IMG/VR virus record: IMGVR_UViG_3300041809_000337
Coordinates: 1 to 50,961 of that record
DNA: 50,961 nucleotides
Reading direction: 5' to 3' (one strand)
Source of the DNA: a virus
Taxonomy: Duplodnaviria > Caudoviricetes
A program made the translations under genes and the position numbers. Position 1 is the first letter of the stretch; each line of letters starts with the position of its first letter. The notes below the pieces were generated by a model, which was not told where the DNA came from, ran no database searches, and saw nothing but the letters and a program-made list of their open reading frames with translations. This document shows, piece by piece, positions 1 through 9,967 of the stretch.

Positions 1-879
1 CCCTTTCAACTAGCCGGTGGTAACGCAGCCAACCAGGACTATGACTATCAGTCTGGTTCGGGTATGGATAATTTCATGTCCCGCTCGATTGACGAGGTGA
101 GCTGGCAATCAAGTCTAGGTACCAATTACAATACTTTGAGTGAGTTGCCGATAGGTCTCCTCCCCACCACAGCCACCCCAACCAATAATGAATCTACCCA
201 AGTCAGTGGGGCTAGTTCAGGTACGGCAGTCTTAGGCGGAACAGGTACGGGTAATGCTTCAGGCGGTGGGTCGGCTGCCAGTGGAACGGCTGCCGCTATA
301 AATATTGATAGTGGTAGCCAGAATATTACTATCTTTGACGGTACTAATAACCGGCTTATTCTTGGTCTCAATCCGACCACTAATACATGGGGAGGGTTTT
401 CAACTCCTCCTGGCATAAATATCACTAACGCTAAAACCCCACAACAATTGGCTTGGAGTACTGATTATCCTTCACTTATTGTCCTAGCTAACGAACAAGT
501 TCAGTTTCCAGCTATCCCTGTTACTACTACTGAATACGTTTGGCAACAATTTGTTATCCCTCACGGTCAACCCAACATCCCAGCCTTCTTTGCTTATGTC
601 TATATTAATTTTAAGACTACTCCGATTGCTAACTTTGCCCAGAACTATTATGCTCCGATTATATCTAATATATCTTTTGCCGACCCACAAAATACTCTTT
701 ACTCATTCTATGTCGGCGTAGATACGGTGAATCTTTATTTACAAAGATTAATTACAAACAGTATGTCTAATGTCACAGCTAACCCCAGTACGGTTACCTA
801 CCAGATACTCCAACAGACGGCTGGGGCGGTATCACTGAATCCCAATGCTGTCTATACTTCTGGCTCCCAAATTACTTAG
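1..879 (+). CDS. Virion/tail structural protein, 5'-truncated at the window edge
   Basis: Frame is open from base 1 (PFQLAGGNAANQ...) through the ATG at 64 to TAG 879; Gly/Ser/Thr-rich and beta-rich; follows the tail nozzle-like gene when the genome is wrapped. Confidence 0.6.
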   Translation, partial: PFQLAGGNAANQDYDYQSGSGMDNFMSRSIDEVSWQSSLGTNYNTLSELPIGLLPTTATPTNNESTQVSGASSGTAVLGGTGTGNASGGGSAASGTAAAINIDSGSQNITIFDGTNNRLILGLNPTTNTWGGFSTPPGINITNAKTPQQLAWSTDYPSLIVLANEQVQFPAIPVTTTEYVWQQFVIPHGQPNIPAFFAYVYINFKTTPIANFAQNYYAPIISNISFADPQNTLYSFYVGVDTVNLYLQRLITNSMSNVTANPSTVTYQILQQTAGAVSLNPNAVYTSGSQIT

Positions 880-890
880 TGATACTTTTA
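877..890 (+). promoter_or_regulatory. Conserved late-gene upstream motif TAGTGATACTTTTA
   Basis: Starts 45 nt before ATG 922; the same motif recurs at 23489/23501, 42687 and 46895. Confidence 0.6.
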
Positions 891-921
891 ATTTCTAACC
901 TAATCAAGTAATACTAACAAT

Positions 922-2133
922 ATGAACCCTACATTACAAGGTGGTGGCATTTCTCTAAACACTCCAAGTGCCCCAACTTCTTTTTCTACCCAAGCAACTC
1001 AAGGTGGGGCAGCTAGTGCCTTACAGGGTGGCGGGAATATTTCAGTACAAAATGGTGCTAGCCCACAAACAACCATTAATCCTCAAGCAGGGGCGTCTAA
1101 TGTAATTCAAAATCCGGCCGGTGGTGTAATTCCTACAGCTGCACCTCCAGCCTCAACCCCAGCCAATAATCTTCTGCCGAACGGGATGACAGTTGACCAG
1201 CTCTATGCCCAAATTCTAGCTGGTGAAAAACAAGTGGTTGCTAATACTCAGCCATTTCAAGGGAACATAGATATAAACGCCTTGCAATCCCAAGCCCAGG
1301 CATCAGCCGGAGCCGCTGTTAATCCTCTATATACGAATTATATGAATCAGTATCTTCAGGGTTTAGCCGGTCAAGCTGGTTCGAGTGATGTGAACACGCT
1401 TCTTAATGCTGCTAATACAGGTAATTACAGTGGCTTAAATGGCGCAGCTGAAGTTCAGAACGCTATGAATCTTCAGCAAGAACAAGCTGCTCTTGGGAAT
1501 ACACTGGCCGTCAACACCCAAGCTCAGAACTACGCCGGCCAGCAGAACGCCGCTACCCAAGGGAACATCAATGCTCAGGCTGCTAACTATCAACAACAGA
1601 GTGCTCTGGCTAATAATGCCAAGATACAAGCGTTGCAAGCAGCTGGTGGTGCTGCCGGATTGGGTGCGTCGGGTTATGGGCAAGGTCAGCTCTGGCAAGC
1701 TGAGAATGCTAGAAACGTAGCTGATGCCCAACAGCAAGGTCAGTTTCAATATCAGAGAAATACTTCTAACATGTCCACCCAAGATACCTTTGCCCAACTT
1801 GCCCAGTCCAGTGCCTACGCTCAGACCGGCGAGCAAGAACAAGAAACTCAGACTAACTTTAATCTTAATAACTACTTACGCCAGGCAGCTGCCAGTGACC
1901 AGAGTGCCCAAGAACAAATCCAGACTGCCCAACAAAATGCTATCAATGCTGCCACCTCACAATATATGTCTCAAAATGTCACAAATGCACTTGCTCCTTA
2001 CCAAAGTAACCCACAGCAGTACGGTATGGGTATGCAACAGTACGCATCTTATCTAAACCCAAGTTCGTCAATGGCAGCAGCACCGGATATAGGTGGTATG
2101 ATATCGCAACTTGGAATAGGGAGTAATGTATAA
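922..2133 (+). CDS. Putative internal virion/ejection protein (Gln/Ala/Asn-rich, helical)
   Basis: 403 aa; composition and position after tail genes are typical of podovirus ejection proteins. Confidence 0.6.
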   Translation: MNPTLQGGGISLNTPSAPTSFSTQATQGGAASALQGGGNISVQNGASPQTTINPQAGASNVIQNPAGGVIPTAAPPASTPANNLLPNGMTVDQLYAQILAGEKQVVANTQPFQGNIDINALQSQAQASAGAAVNPLYTNYMNQYLQGLAGQAGSSDVNTLLNAANTGNYSGLNGAAEVQNAMNLQQEQAALGNTLAVNTQAQNYAGQQNAATQGNINAQAANYQQQSALANNAKIQALQAAGGAAGLGASGYGQGQLWQAENARNVADAQQQGQFQYQRNTSNMSTQDTFAQLAQSSAYAQTGEQEQETQTNFNLNNYLRQAAASDQSAQEQIQTAQQNAINAATSQYMSQNVTNALAPYQSNPQQYGMGMQQYASYLNPSSSMAAAPDIGGMISQLGIGSNV

Positions 2134-3023
2134 TGAATCCACAAGCACCAGCAGTAACACCAGGACAACCAGTAGCTCCGTTAGCTAACAACGTCAACCC
2201 ACAAGGCACTGTTACTCCTCAGGCTATGGGTGCGCCAACCCCCTCCCAATTACCTACAGCTCCCACACCTGTAACTCCTCCGCCAGTGTCAGCTATTCCC
2301 CAACAAACTAATCAGCTTCCGCAACAGCTTAATAATATTGCCGACTACTATTCAATCCCTCGCCAGACTGCGGCCATGGTAAATGCTGCCCAAGCTCAAG
2401 GTGCTAACGCCCAACAGGCAACTAAGTACTCGACGGCTCAAGCTGGATTTAGCGTGGAAACAGCCAAGCAGATGCTAGACCCCAGTAGTTATAATATAGT
2501 TCAAGACTCCAGCAGTCCTATGGGTGTTAAAATTACTAATCCTATGGGTGAAGAAGTAAGTTTATCTACTTATAATAATCTGACAGGACAGGAAAATCCC
2601 GTATCAGTTCTTGAAAACTCTTCTAACCCACAAGCCCAGCAACTATATGCTGACTACACCAACTTAGAAAACTATATCCAGACCAGGCAGGCTGCCGACA
2701 ATGGTAGCGTAGCTGCTATACAAGCCTTGGGCGATTACTATGACGCTAATCCAGGTTTAAAGAATGTTGATCTGGGGCAGCTACAATCAGCCTTTATGAA
2801 TACTTACGGCCAACAACTATATGGCGTAACTCCAGGCGGACAGAACCTACAGCAGTCTATAGGTACTAACAATATCCAATCCGCTGCCAACCCAGCCACC
2901 CAGAGTGCTTATGAGGATCCAGCTTACGTTGCTGCTCAACAAGCTAATCCCTATAACACGGCTACCCAAGCTGGTGGTTCGCCATCTCAAATGTTATCTT
3001 TACTCAATAACGCAGGACAATAG
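2133..3023 (+). CDS. Putative internal virion/ejection protein
   Basis: 296 aa, Pro/Gln-rich N-terminus, TAATG coupling to the previous gene. Confidence 0.55.
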   Translation: MNPQAPAVTPGQPVAPLANNVNPQGTVTPQAMGAPTPSQLPTAPTPVTPPPVSAIPQQTNQLPQQLNNIADYYSIPRQTAAMVNAAQAQGANAQQATKYSTAQAGFSVETAKQMLDPSSYNIVQDSSSPMGVKITNPMGEEVSLSTYNNLTGQENPVSVLENSSNPQAQQLYADYTNLENYIQTRQAADNGSVAAIQALGDYYDANPGLKNVDLGQLQSAFMNTYGQQLYGVTPGGQNLQQSIGTNNIQSAANPATQSAYEDPAYVAAQQANPYNTATQAGGSPSQMLSLLNNAGQ

Positions 3024-3025
3024 TC

Positions 3026-6000
3026 ATGGCCGATCTAGTTATGAACTTTCTGGAAAAAGCCCTTCCGACTGTCGGTATGGTGGCCGGTGGTGCAATCGGT
3101 GGTTTAGTTGATCCGTTTGGTGGCGAAGTTATCGGCGGTGCATTAGGCAGTGCTCTAGGCAAAGCAGGTGAAAATGCAGCTACCGGACAAAAAGTTACCA
3201 GTGGAGTAATGGGTTCAGCTGCCGGTGGTGCGTTCGGTGCATTAGGCGGTTCGTTGGCTGGTTCGTTCTTGGAAGGTGCAGCTCCAGAAATAGCAGGCGC
3301 TACTGGCGTATTCGGCAAAACGATGGCTGGAGCAATTAAAGGTTCAGTGACTGGCGGCGCAGGCAGTACGGCTGGAGCAGTGGCTCAAGGCGAACCCATA
3401 ACTGGTAAAAATCTGACTATGAATTTCTTACAAGGTGCAGCTATTGGTGGAGTAACTGGCGGGGTGCTAGGCGGTGGCGCAGAGGCTCTTAAATCAGCCA
3501 GACGGCTTAACCAAGTTGGCGGTATTAATAACCCGATTGATGATGATACTGCCCAAAAAGCTGCTGAAGAACAAGACCCGACTAAAGTTGAGAAAATTCT
3601 TCAGCCAGAGACTGGCCCAGTAGTGTCTAAAGATGTTGCTCCGGCTGTAGCTACGACCAGCAAAGGCGACCCAGAAATTGTTAAGAGTATAGTCCAAAAT
3701 GATATTAATAAGAAAATATCGCCAGCAACAACCCCCTCCCCTGCCCCGACCCCCCTGCCACCCACCACCCCTGTTAGCGATATAAATACCCCACAACAAG
3801 TTGCAGGGCAGGCAAGTGCTGCTGAAGAAAACTTTATGAACCCACCAAGCGAAACACCCACGCCTGAAATCGCTTCTACAAAAGTCAGTAAGTTAGGTAC
3901 GATGAGTGAGATGGGCGACATACTAAATACGGGCGGTACGACTGATGAAGCCCTTTATCATTACATGACAAAAGTGCCTGGTGCTAATATGTCAGACGCC
4001 CAGAACGCTCTTGACCAGACAATCCAATCAGCCGGTGTAGACAAAAGTAAAATCAATGCTTCACTGAATCCGCAGTCAGACAAAGTAAGTTTTGCTCCAG
4101 TTAAAGAGGGTGATGATATGGGTGCGCAACTGAACGGCAGGTACGCTGGCGAGAAGCTAGGCCAAAACGGTGCGCCTGCCTACGAAGCTATGCAAGCTCT
4201 CGATCCATCAGACCGTGAGCTTACTAGGTACTTGCGTGGCAAGAACGCCCAACAAGTGGAAGACATCATCAAGCAAGCCAAAGACCCAGCAGCTTTCAGA
4301 ACCTACGTCAATGCCGCTAAGAACTATAACGATTACGCCCAAGCTGGTGGTGCCCAATTAGGCCAGCCACTGCCGTATCGGGTGAACTACGGTGGCCGTA
4401 CAGCTTACGAACCGCCCGAAGGACTGCCCGAAGCTGGTCCTAAAGGCGCAGCCAACCCAACCACTCCTGCTTATACACAGCAACGCTACTTCAATACCCA
4501 CGAAGAAGCCCTGGCTGCCGGTTACACCCCTCGCTATGACGACCCGCTGGAAGAACTCAAGAACGACATTAACCAACGTGGCTACAACCAAACTCAGCTG
4601 GCTCTGGCTAAGGGTTACGAAGACGCCCATCCAGGCCAAGTCCAACTTCTTAATGACAACACTCCCTTAAAAGCTGGCTATCACCAACTCCTAGTGCCAG
4701 GCGGTGAGCATATCGCCATGCCCTCAAGTATAGCCGACCCAATCAATAATCGTATTATGACCAGTACGCCTGGAAAAATCTTAGGTAAGTATGACACTAT
4801 CAACGCTGCCGGTAAGCAACTGGAACTAGGCGGTGGTACGTTCCACGGTTTCAATACCATGGGTGCGTTTGCCGGACAGCAACTGAGCAGCGGTAAACTA
4901 TTCACTGATCCTGGTGCGCTAGGTAAAGTAGTTTCCAACTTCTTCAGCGATAGAAACATGGAGAAATACATAGCCGATAACAGTGACGCTTCAGTCAACC
5001 CCAGTGGCGGGGTGGATACCAACCACAGCGTATCAGATGGTGCTAAGGCAGCTGGACTGAACATTAAGAACACTTCGATAGACTTAGATAACCCTGGAAG
5101 AGAGGGTCTGGCTGGCAAGATTGCCAATATTCCAGGCTTGAAACAAATCCATCAAGCAGTCTTTGACAGACAGATCCCGTCTATGATGTTAGAAACCTTT
5201 AAACAGAAGACTGCCGGTTTGGACATTTTCGGCAGTGCTGATGATCGTCTGCAGGCTGAGAAGATCGCTAGAGGAATCAATAAAGAGTTTGGTGTAACTG
5301 ACCACGACTTGGCGGGTATGACATCTAGGCAATTCAAAGCAGCTGGACGGGTGCTGCTTGCGCCAGGTTATCAAGAGGGAGTTATCCACACCCTGATGAC
5401 AGCCCTTGACCCAAGAAGCTTAGGTACGGCTGAGGGTTTATTAGCCAGACAAGCAGTCATAGGTAAGGCTCTAGTGATGGGTGGGCTGGCTACAGCTGGT
5501 GCTGTTGCCGGTGGGGATTTTCAAGGCATGACACCCAAGCAAGTGGCTATGGGGATTATGAATAAAGCGATCAACCCCAGCTTCACGATTGCTGGCTATA
5601 AGGTCAGTACTCCAGCCACATTTATTTCAGATGTTGCCAAGCCAGTTGAGGAGTCTGTCGCTAGCGCCAAGCAGGGTAAAGGTATCGCTGCTGGTGCAGA
5701 AGATTTTGCTAGCTCGCACTTAGCCTTTGCGCCCAGTAAAATTGAGGAGTTTGCTACCAATAAGAACTACGAAGGTAACGCTATTTACGGGACGGACTAC
5801 TATGGCCGACCCATCCCAGCTACTAATGTAGCTCAGAACTTAGCTAGTGGTGTGTTGCCTATCCCTCTAGCCCAGACCAGTCAAGCAGCAACAGGAGCAC
5901 AATCATGGCAGGCTGCACTGGCTAACGAGGTAGGCTTCAACGCCGGCCCATCTAGTAACCTAGATTATGCTCCTGTAGCAGCTCAGACTTACGTGCAACA

Positions 6001-6412
6001 AATGGAAGGCACGCCCAATGTTCCAAGTAGTGTATTAAAAGCTAACACTGACTTCGCTAAAGCTTTAGGCAGTCTTAATGTTTCACGCACTAAAATAGTT
6101 GCCAAAGCTGAGGCTGCTTACATAGCCAAGGATACTTCTAAGATGCAATCCATCATGTCCAGCTATAATAATAAACTTCTAACTGCACTCAAGCCTCTTG
6201 AGCAAAACGGCGAATCAAAGAATGTTACACCATATATGTTAGAATTACTAAGACAACAAACGATTACCTATAAAGACATGACTAATAATGCTGCTTACGC
6301 AACTAAGACAAACCCGACAGCTTATGGCGTGCCTATCGCAGCTCTAGCTAGCGTACCCACACCAAGTAATAATGCCAATACTTTAATCAATAACACAGCT
6401 AACGGTATTTAG
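3026..6412 (+). CDS. Large internal virion/ejection protein with N-terminal glycine-zipper region
   Basis: 1128 aa; GGAIGG/GGALG repeats in the first ~150 aa; third and largest of the ejection-like trio. Confidence 0.6.
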   Translation: MADLVMNFLEKALPTVGMVAGGAIGGLVDPFGGEVIGGALGSALGKAGENAATGQKVTSGVMGSAAGGAFGALGGSLAGSFLEGAAPEIAGATGVFGKTMAGAIKGSVTGGAGSTAGAVAQGEPITGKNLTMNFLQGAAIGGVTGGVLGGGAEALKSARRLNQVGGINNPIDDDTAQKAAEEQDPTKVEKILQPETGPVVSKDVAPAVATTSKGDPEIVKSIVQNDINKKISPATTPSPAPTPLPPTTPVSDINTPQQVAGQASAAEENFMNPPSETPTPEIASTKVSKLGTMSEMGDILNTGGTTDEALYHYMTKVPGANMSDAQNALDQTIQSAGVDKSKINASLNPQSDKVSFAPVKEGDDMGAQLNGRYAGEKLGQNGAPAYEAMQALDPSDRELTRYLRGKNAQQVEDIIKQAKDPAAFRTYVNAAKNYNDYAQAGGAQLGQPLPYRVNYGGRTAYEPPEGLPEAGPKGAANPTTPAYTQQRYFNTHEEALAAGYTPRYDDPLEELKNDINQRGYNQTQLALAKGYEDAHPGQVQLLNDNTPLKAGYHQLLVPGGEHIAMPSSIADPINNRIMTSTPGKILGKYDTINAAGKQLELGGGTFHGFNTMGAFAGQQLSSGKLFTDPGALGKVVSNFFSDRNMEKYIADNSDASVNPSGGVDTNHSVSDGAKAAGLNIKNTSIDLDNPGREGLAGKIANIPGLKQIHQAVFDRQIPSMMLETFKQKTAGLDIFGSADDRLQAEKIARGINKEFGVTDHDLAGMTSRQFKAAGRVLLAPGYQEGVIHTLMTALDPRSLGTAEGLLARQAVIGKALVMGGLATAGAVAGGDFQGMTPKQVAMGIMNKAINPSFTIAGYKVSTPATFISDVAKPVEESVASAKQGKGIAAGAEDFASSHLAFAPSKIEEFATNKNYEGNAIYGTDYYGRPIPATNVAQNLASGVLPIPLAQTSQAATGAQSWQAALANEVGFNAGPSSNLDYAPVAAQTYVQQMEGTPNVPSSVLKANTDFAKALGSLNVSRTKIVAKAEAAYIAKDTSKMQSIMSSYNNKLLTALKPLEQNGESKNVTPYMLELLRQQTITYKDMTNNAAYATKTNPTAYGVPIAALASVPTPSNNANTLINNTANGI

Positions 6413-6428
6413 GAGAGCAGAAAGAATC

Positions 6429-6833
6429 ATGTATATATATAAACGCAGTCCCATAGCTACAGGTGAAAGACAAGGTGAGTGGGTTTACTTCAGAAATAAC
6501 CTCATTACTAAAGAAGCCACAGTCCCGCACGAAGTCAAAGATAAGTTAGAGTACGCCCCCAGCGTGGAGTTTGACGAGCAACCCGATAAAAAACATTGTA
6601 TATTCTGTGACGCACCTTCATGCCGCACACGCCTGCTCAACTTAGTGACAGTTGAACTTTGCGAGTGGCACTATCAGAATATGAACTTAGGGAAGATAGC
6701 CTTCCAAGTTAACTTGCTTCGTAAAGAGGCAGAAAGGAAAGAAAATGGCATTCACCAAGAGGAACTCCGGCGAAGGAAGACCCAAAAAAAACACAAACGG
6801 GCCAGTCGGAAAACCGAAGTTGCACTCCATTAA
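6429..6833 (+). CDS. Hypothetical protein with Cys/His zinc-binding motif
   Basis: GGAGAG RBS; CIFC...C...CEWH. Confidence 0.6.
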   Translation: MYIYKRSPIATGERQGEWVYFRNNLITKEATVPHEVKDKLEYAPSVEFDEQPDKKHCIFCDAPSCRTRLLNLVTVELCEWHYQNMNLGKIAFQVNLLRKEAERKENGIHQEELRRRKTQKKHKRASRKTEVALH

Positions 6834-6897
6834 TGCTGGCAAAAGCGGCCATCCTGTCAAGGGTAAGGGTACTAAGTTAGCTGGTAAGGCATACTAA
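6745..6897 (+). CDS. Small Lys/Gly-rich basic protein (50 aa, not in ORF track)
   Basis: AAAGGA RBS; MAFTKRNSGEGRPKKNTNGPVGKPKLHSINAGKSGHPVKGKGTKLAGKAY. Confidence 0.65.
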   Translation: MAFTKRNSGEGRPKKNTNGPVGKPKLHSINAGKSGHPVKGKGTKLAGKAY

Positions 6898-6898
6898 A

Positions 6899-7030
6899 AT
6901 GTCTCGAACCTATCAGAATGGATACCGGCCTAAGAGCAAGGGCTCTAAGAAGAAACGATCTATTCATGTCTCAATTGACAAAGGCTTAAATGTCAAGTCG
7001 GTTAAGATTAAGTTGAAAGGGAAATCGTAA
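6899..7030 (+). CDS. Small Lys-rich basic protein (43 aa, not in ORF track)
   Basis: MSRTYQNGYRPKSKGSKKKRSIHVSIDKGLNVKSVKIKLKGKS; abuts both neighbours. Confidence 0.65.
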   Translation: MSRTYQNGYRPKSKGSKKKRSIHVSIDKGLNVKSVKIKLKGKS

Positions 7031-7197
7031 TGGCTAAGAGTATGAAACTAGGTGGTGGTGGTCGTTTTGCTGCCCTAGCTAAGAAAGCTGGTGGTGGTAA
7101 GAAAGGCGCAGCTATAGCTGCTGCTATCGGGCGTAAGAAATATGGTGCTAAAAAGATGGCTAAGATGAGTGCTGCTGGCCGTAAACGGAGTAAGTAA
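7030..7197 (+). CDS. Small Lys/Ala/Gly-rich basic protein (55 aa, not in ORF track)
   Basis: MAKSMKLGGGGRFAALAKKAGGGKKGAAIAAAIGRKKYGAKKMAKMSAAGRKRSK; TAATG overlap. Confidence 0.75.
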   Translation: MAKSMKLGGGGRFAALAKKAGGGKKGAAIAAAIGRKKYGAKKMAKMSAAGRKRSK

Positions 7198-7440
7198 ATG
7201 GCTAAGAATTATGGCAGAAAACCAACCACCCCACAAGGCAAGAAACTCAGCATTGACCATCTTAAACTGCAGGCCAAGATAGATAAGCAGAAGGCCAAAG
7301 ACCACGACGAGCTGGCTAAGAAGGGTATTGACCTTGCTTATAACACCGCCCACTCCAAAGCCCATAAGAAAGATGTCAAAGACCGTATGAAGTATATGAA
7401 GAAAGTCCGTAAACTTAAGGTTAAAGCAGCCAAAATATGA
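7198..7440 (+). CDS. Small Lys/His-rich basic protein
   Basis: 80 aa, directly abutting both neighbours. Confidence 0.7.
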   Translation: MAKNYGRKPTTPQGKKLSIDHLKLQAKIDKQKAKDHDELAKKGIDLAYNTAHSKAHKKDVKDRMKYMKKVRKLKVKAAKI

Positions 7441-7757
7441 GCCCTCAAACTCCTACTCTTGATGTACTGGCTACTAGGATAGAAGGTTTAACCGATGGGA
7501 TGAACCAACTCAACCAACGATTCGATGTTTTTCAAGCCAACTTCACTCGTAATGATGTTTATACAATCAGGCATGAAGAACTTATTAAAGAGGTCGCCGC
7601 TGTCAGAACCATGGTAAATAACCAAACTAACCAGTTACAGAATTTCAAAGAAGAGAGTGACCGCATGAAAGGTGCTATTAACCTGCTTAAAGTAGTTGGC
7701 ACCGTATTGACAATCTTCGCTGCGATAATGGGTAGTCTATGGTGGACGAGGAGATGA
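7437..7757 (+). CDS. Coiled-coil protein with C-terminal TM helix (lysis module)
   Basis: Hydrophobic C-terminus LLKVVGTVLTIFAAIMGSLWW; ATGA overlap. Confidence 0.65.
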   Translation: MSPQTPTLDVLATRIEGLTDGMNQLNQRFDVFQANFTRNDVYTIRHEELIKEVAAVRTMVNNQTNQLQNFKEESDRMKGAINLLKVVGTVLTIFAAIMGSLWWTRR

Positions 7758-7758
7758 A

Positions 7759-8187
7759 GTGGTTAAGTGTTCAGTCGACCAGAACGCCCAAGATATAGTT
7801 TCGCTTAAAGAATACTTCAGTAATATCATAAGTGATTATAAAGATAGGGTTGATGAACGGTTTAACTTGCAAGACAAGGCTGTCCAAGCTGCTCTAAATT
7901 CAGCCGAGCGGGCTGTTACTAAAGCTGAAACTGCTACCGAGAAAAGGTTTGAGGGCGTCAATGAGTTTCGGGCTGCCCTGTCCGACCAATCCCAGAACCT
8001 ACTTTCCAGGTCTGAATATGCGACAGGCCACCAATCGTTAATTGAAAAGATTGATGGTTTGACTACGAGAGTGGCAGCTATGGAAGGCGGTAATAAAGAT
8101 AGGGTTCAGGCGATAAGTTTTCTCATAGGCGGGGCTGGAGTGTTGGTAGCATTAATAGTGGGCATCCTTTATATTGTAAAGAAATGA
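7759..8187 (+). CDS. Coiled-coil protein with C-terminal TM helix (lysis module)
   Basis: AERAVTKAE...KRFEGVNEFR helical core; C-terminal TM followed by KK. Confidence 0.65.
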   Translation: MVKCSVDQNAQDIVSLKEYFSNIISDYKDRVDERFNLQDKAVQAALNSAERAVTKAETATEKRFEGVNEFRAALSDQSQNLLSRSEYATGHQSLIEKIDGLTTRVAAMEGGNKDRVQAISFLIGGAGVLVALIVGILYIVKK

Positions 8188-8522
8188 GTAAACAAGATTT
8201 TGATAAGAACTTAGCTCTATGGGTAACCAGCCATGTCAGTACGATGAACTGTGCCTACCTGTTCTGTATTATCGCTCTGGTATCTTTACCGGCTATTCTG
8301 ACCGACGCTTTCCATATACATGTCTTTCCCAGCTGGATGATTGCCAATGGCTTGATTCTAATCGTGGCTTGGATTGCCCAGACTTTTATTCAACTTGTGC
8401 TATTATCAGTAATTATGGTCGGACAGCAATTACAGGCTGAAGCTACAATTAATCACGTCACACAAAAACACGATGAACTTAAACGGCATTTAAATAAGTT
8501 ACATAAAGGAGTAAAGAAATGA
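8184..8522 (+). CDS. Two-TM membrane protein (DUF1003-like)
   Basis: WIAQTFIQLVLLSVIMVGQ motif; two hydrophobic segments. Confidence 0.55.
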   Translation: MSKQDFDKNLALWVTSHVSTMNCAYLFCIIALVSLPAILTDAFHIHVFPSWMIANGLILIVAWIAQTFIQLVLLSVIMVGQQLQAEATINHVTQKHDELKRHLNKLHKGVKK

Positions 8523-8707
8523 TTGGAACACTACTCGTAATACTATGGGGAATCCTGCTTTGTATTAGTCAGGTATTCTTGCAGTGGGTGACATTTACTG
8601 TCACTGGGTTTAAGGTTATAGGTTTCATTGGTTTGGTTGGGTTCGTTCTGTGGCTGGTCAGCGGCTACTACCGGCACGCCAACCCCAACGCACCTAAGTG
8701 GTTGTAG
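8519..8707 (+). CDS. Small two-TM membrane protein, holin candidate
   Basis: 62 aa, two hydrophobic helices, AAGGAG RBS, upstream of the endolysin. Confidence 0.55.
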   Translation: MIGTLLVILWGILLCISQVFLQWVTFTVTGFKVIGFIGLVGFVLWLVSGYYRHANPNAPKWL

Positions 8708-8756
8708 ATTTACCATTTAGTATGTTATAGTGAGTGAGTAATAAGGAGAATAAATT

Positions 8757-8987
8757 ATGGCAGTATTAGATGATGCGGTGGCCTCACTGCAAGCAGTACA
8801 AACAGACGACGCTGATGTCCAGGCAAAAGTGGCAGCAGCTCTAACAGCGGTGCAAGCGGCACAGGCAGGAGAAACAGTGGACCCCAACGACGCATTAGTA
8901 GCAGCTATAGTGGCAGCCTTTGTAGCTGCTGGCTATACGGTTACACCCCCAGCACCAGTAGTACCCGAAATACCTGCGGTAGCCTAA
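8757..8987 (+). CDS. Small acidic Ala/Val-rich protein
   Basis: TAAGGAG RBS; 76 aa. Confidence 0.7.
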   Translation: MAVLDDAVASLQAVQTDDADVQAKVAAALTAVQAAQAGETVDPNDALVAAIVAAFVAAGYTVTPPAPVVPEIPAVA

Positions 8988-8988
8988 C

Positions 8989-9963
8989 ATGGCTTGGCTA
9001 GGAGGCTGTGACGTATCTCGTTGGCAGGGCAACATTGATTGGGTTGCCCTTGACCCAGGTACGGCCTTCGTAGTCATCAAAGCATCAGGCGGAGATGATG
9101 GTTTATATCGTGACTCCCAGCTCACCGCTAATCAGACCGGCGCTCGCAGCATCTCATCCACTACGGGCGTCGGTTATTATCACTTCGCGGGCGGTGGTGA
9201 CCCAATAGCCGAAGCCGATTATTTTATACAACAAGTCGGTAACTTAGAGCAGGGTGAGTTTCTAGCTTTGGATTGGGAGATTGCCAACTCCGACCCAGTG
9301 AACTGGTGCCTGGCCTTCGTCAATGAAGTCCATGCCAAGACTAACATCTGGCCGCTGCTGTACGTCAATGCCTCAACTCTTAATAAATATACTTGGACAC
9401 CAGTAACGTCTAATTGCGGAGTATGGGTGGCCGATTGGGCAGTCAGCCCAGACGCCAGCATTGGCACCTCTTATACATACGTCATGCAGCAGTATAAAGA
9501 CAACGGTACGTTTCCAGGCATTACAGGTAATGTTGATGCTGATGCGTGGTTTGGAACCTTAGACGAACTTAAAGCCTACGGCTATCAGACAGCCTCTGTG
9601 CCTACTCCTGTGCCTACACCAGTACCTGTGCCAGCCCCAGCCCCTACGCCTGTTCCAACGCCCCCTACGCAGCCCACTTCACCTGTTATAGTCAATCAAC
9701 CAGTCAAGCCAGTTCCAGTCCCTGCTCCAGCCCCTAAACCGACACCCATACCAGTAGTATCAACTTTTAATGAGGATTTAACAGTGTTTGAAAAGTTTAT
9801 CCAAGAGCTGGGCAAACCAGCTAAGTATTCCAAGTTCTACGTAGCCATACTGGGCGTAGTAATCGCTTACTTGACCCACAAGTACGGCTCAACACCGTGG
9901 CTGACAGACGTGATCTACGCCCTGACCGCAGCAGGGGTTTATGTTGCACCCAATGTAAAATAG
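8989..9963 (+). CDS. Endolysin: GH25 muramidase + Pro/Thr linker + C-terminal two-TM holin-like domain
   Basis: DVSRWQG, IKASGG, GYYHF, LDWE, QY and VDAD GH25 motifs; PVPTP repeats; hydrophobic tail ending LTAAGVYVAPN. Confidence 0.9.
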   Translation: MAWLGGCDVSRWQGNIDWVALDPGTAFVVIKASGGDDGLYRDSQLTANQTGARSISSTTGVGYYHFAGGGDPIAEADYFIQQVGNLEQGEFLALDWEIANSDPVNWCLAFVNEVHAKTNIWPLLYVNASTLNKYTWTPVTSNCGVWVADWAVSPDASIGTSYTYVMQQYKDNGTFPGITGNVDADAWFGTLDELKAYGYQTASVPTPVPTPVPVPAPAPTPVPTPPTQPTSPVIVNQPVKPVPVPAPAPKPTPIPVVSTFNEDLTVFEKFIQELGKPAKYSKFYVAILGVVIAYLTHKYGSTPWLTDVIYALTAAGVYVAPNVK

Positions 9964-9967
9964 ACCG

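Noticed and set aside
877-882. TAG-TGA pairs as evidence of stop-codon reassignment
   Set aside because: TAA, TAG and TGA all end genes at sensible positions, long genes are intact under code 11, and I saw no suppressor tRNA
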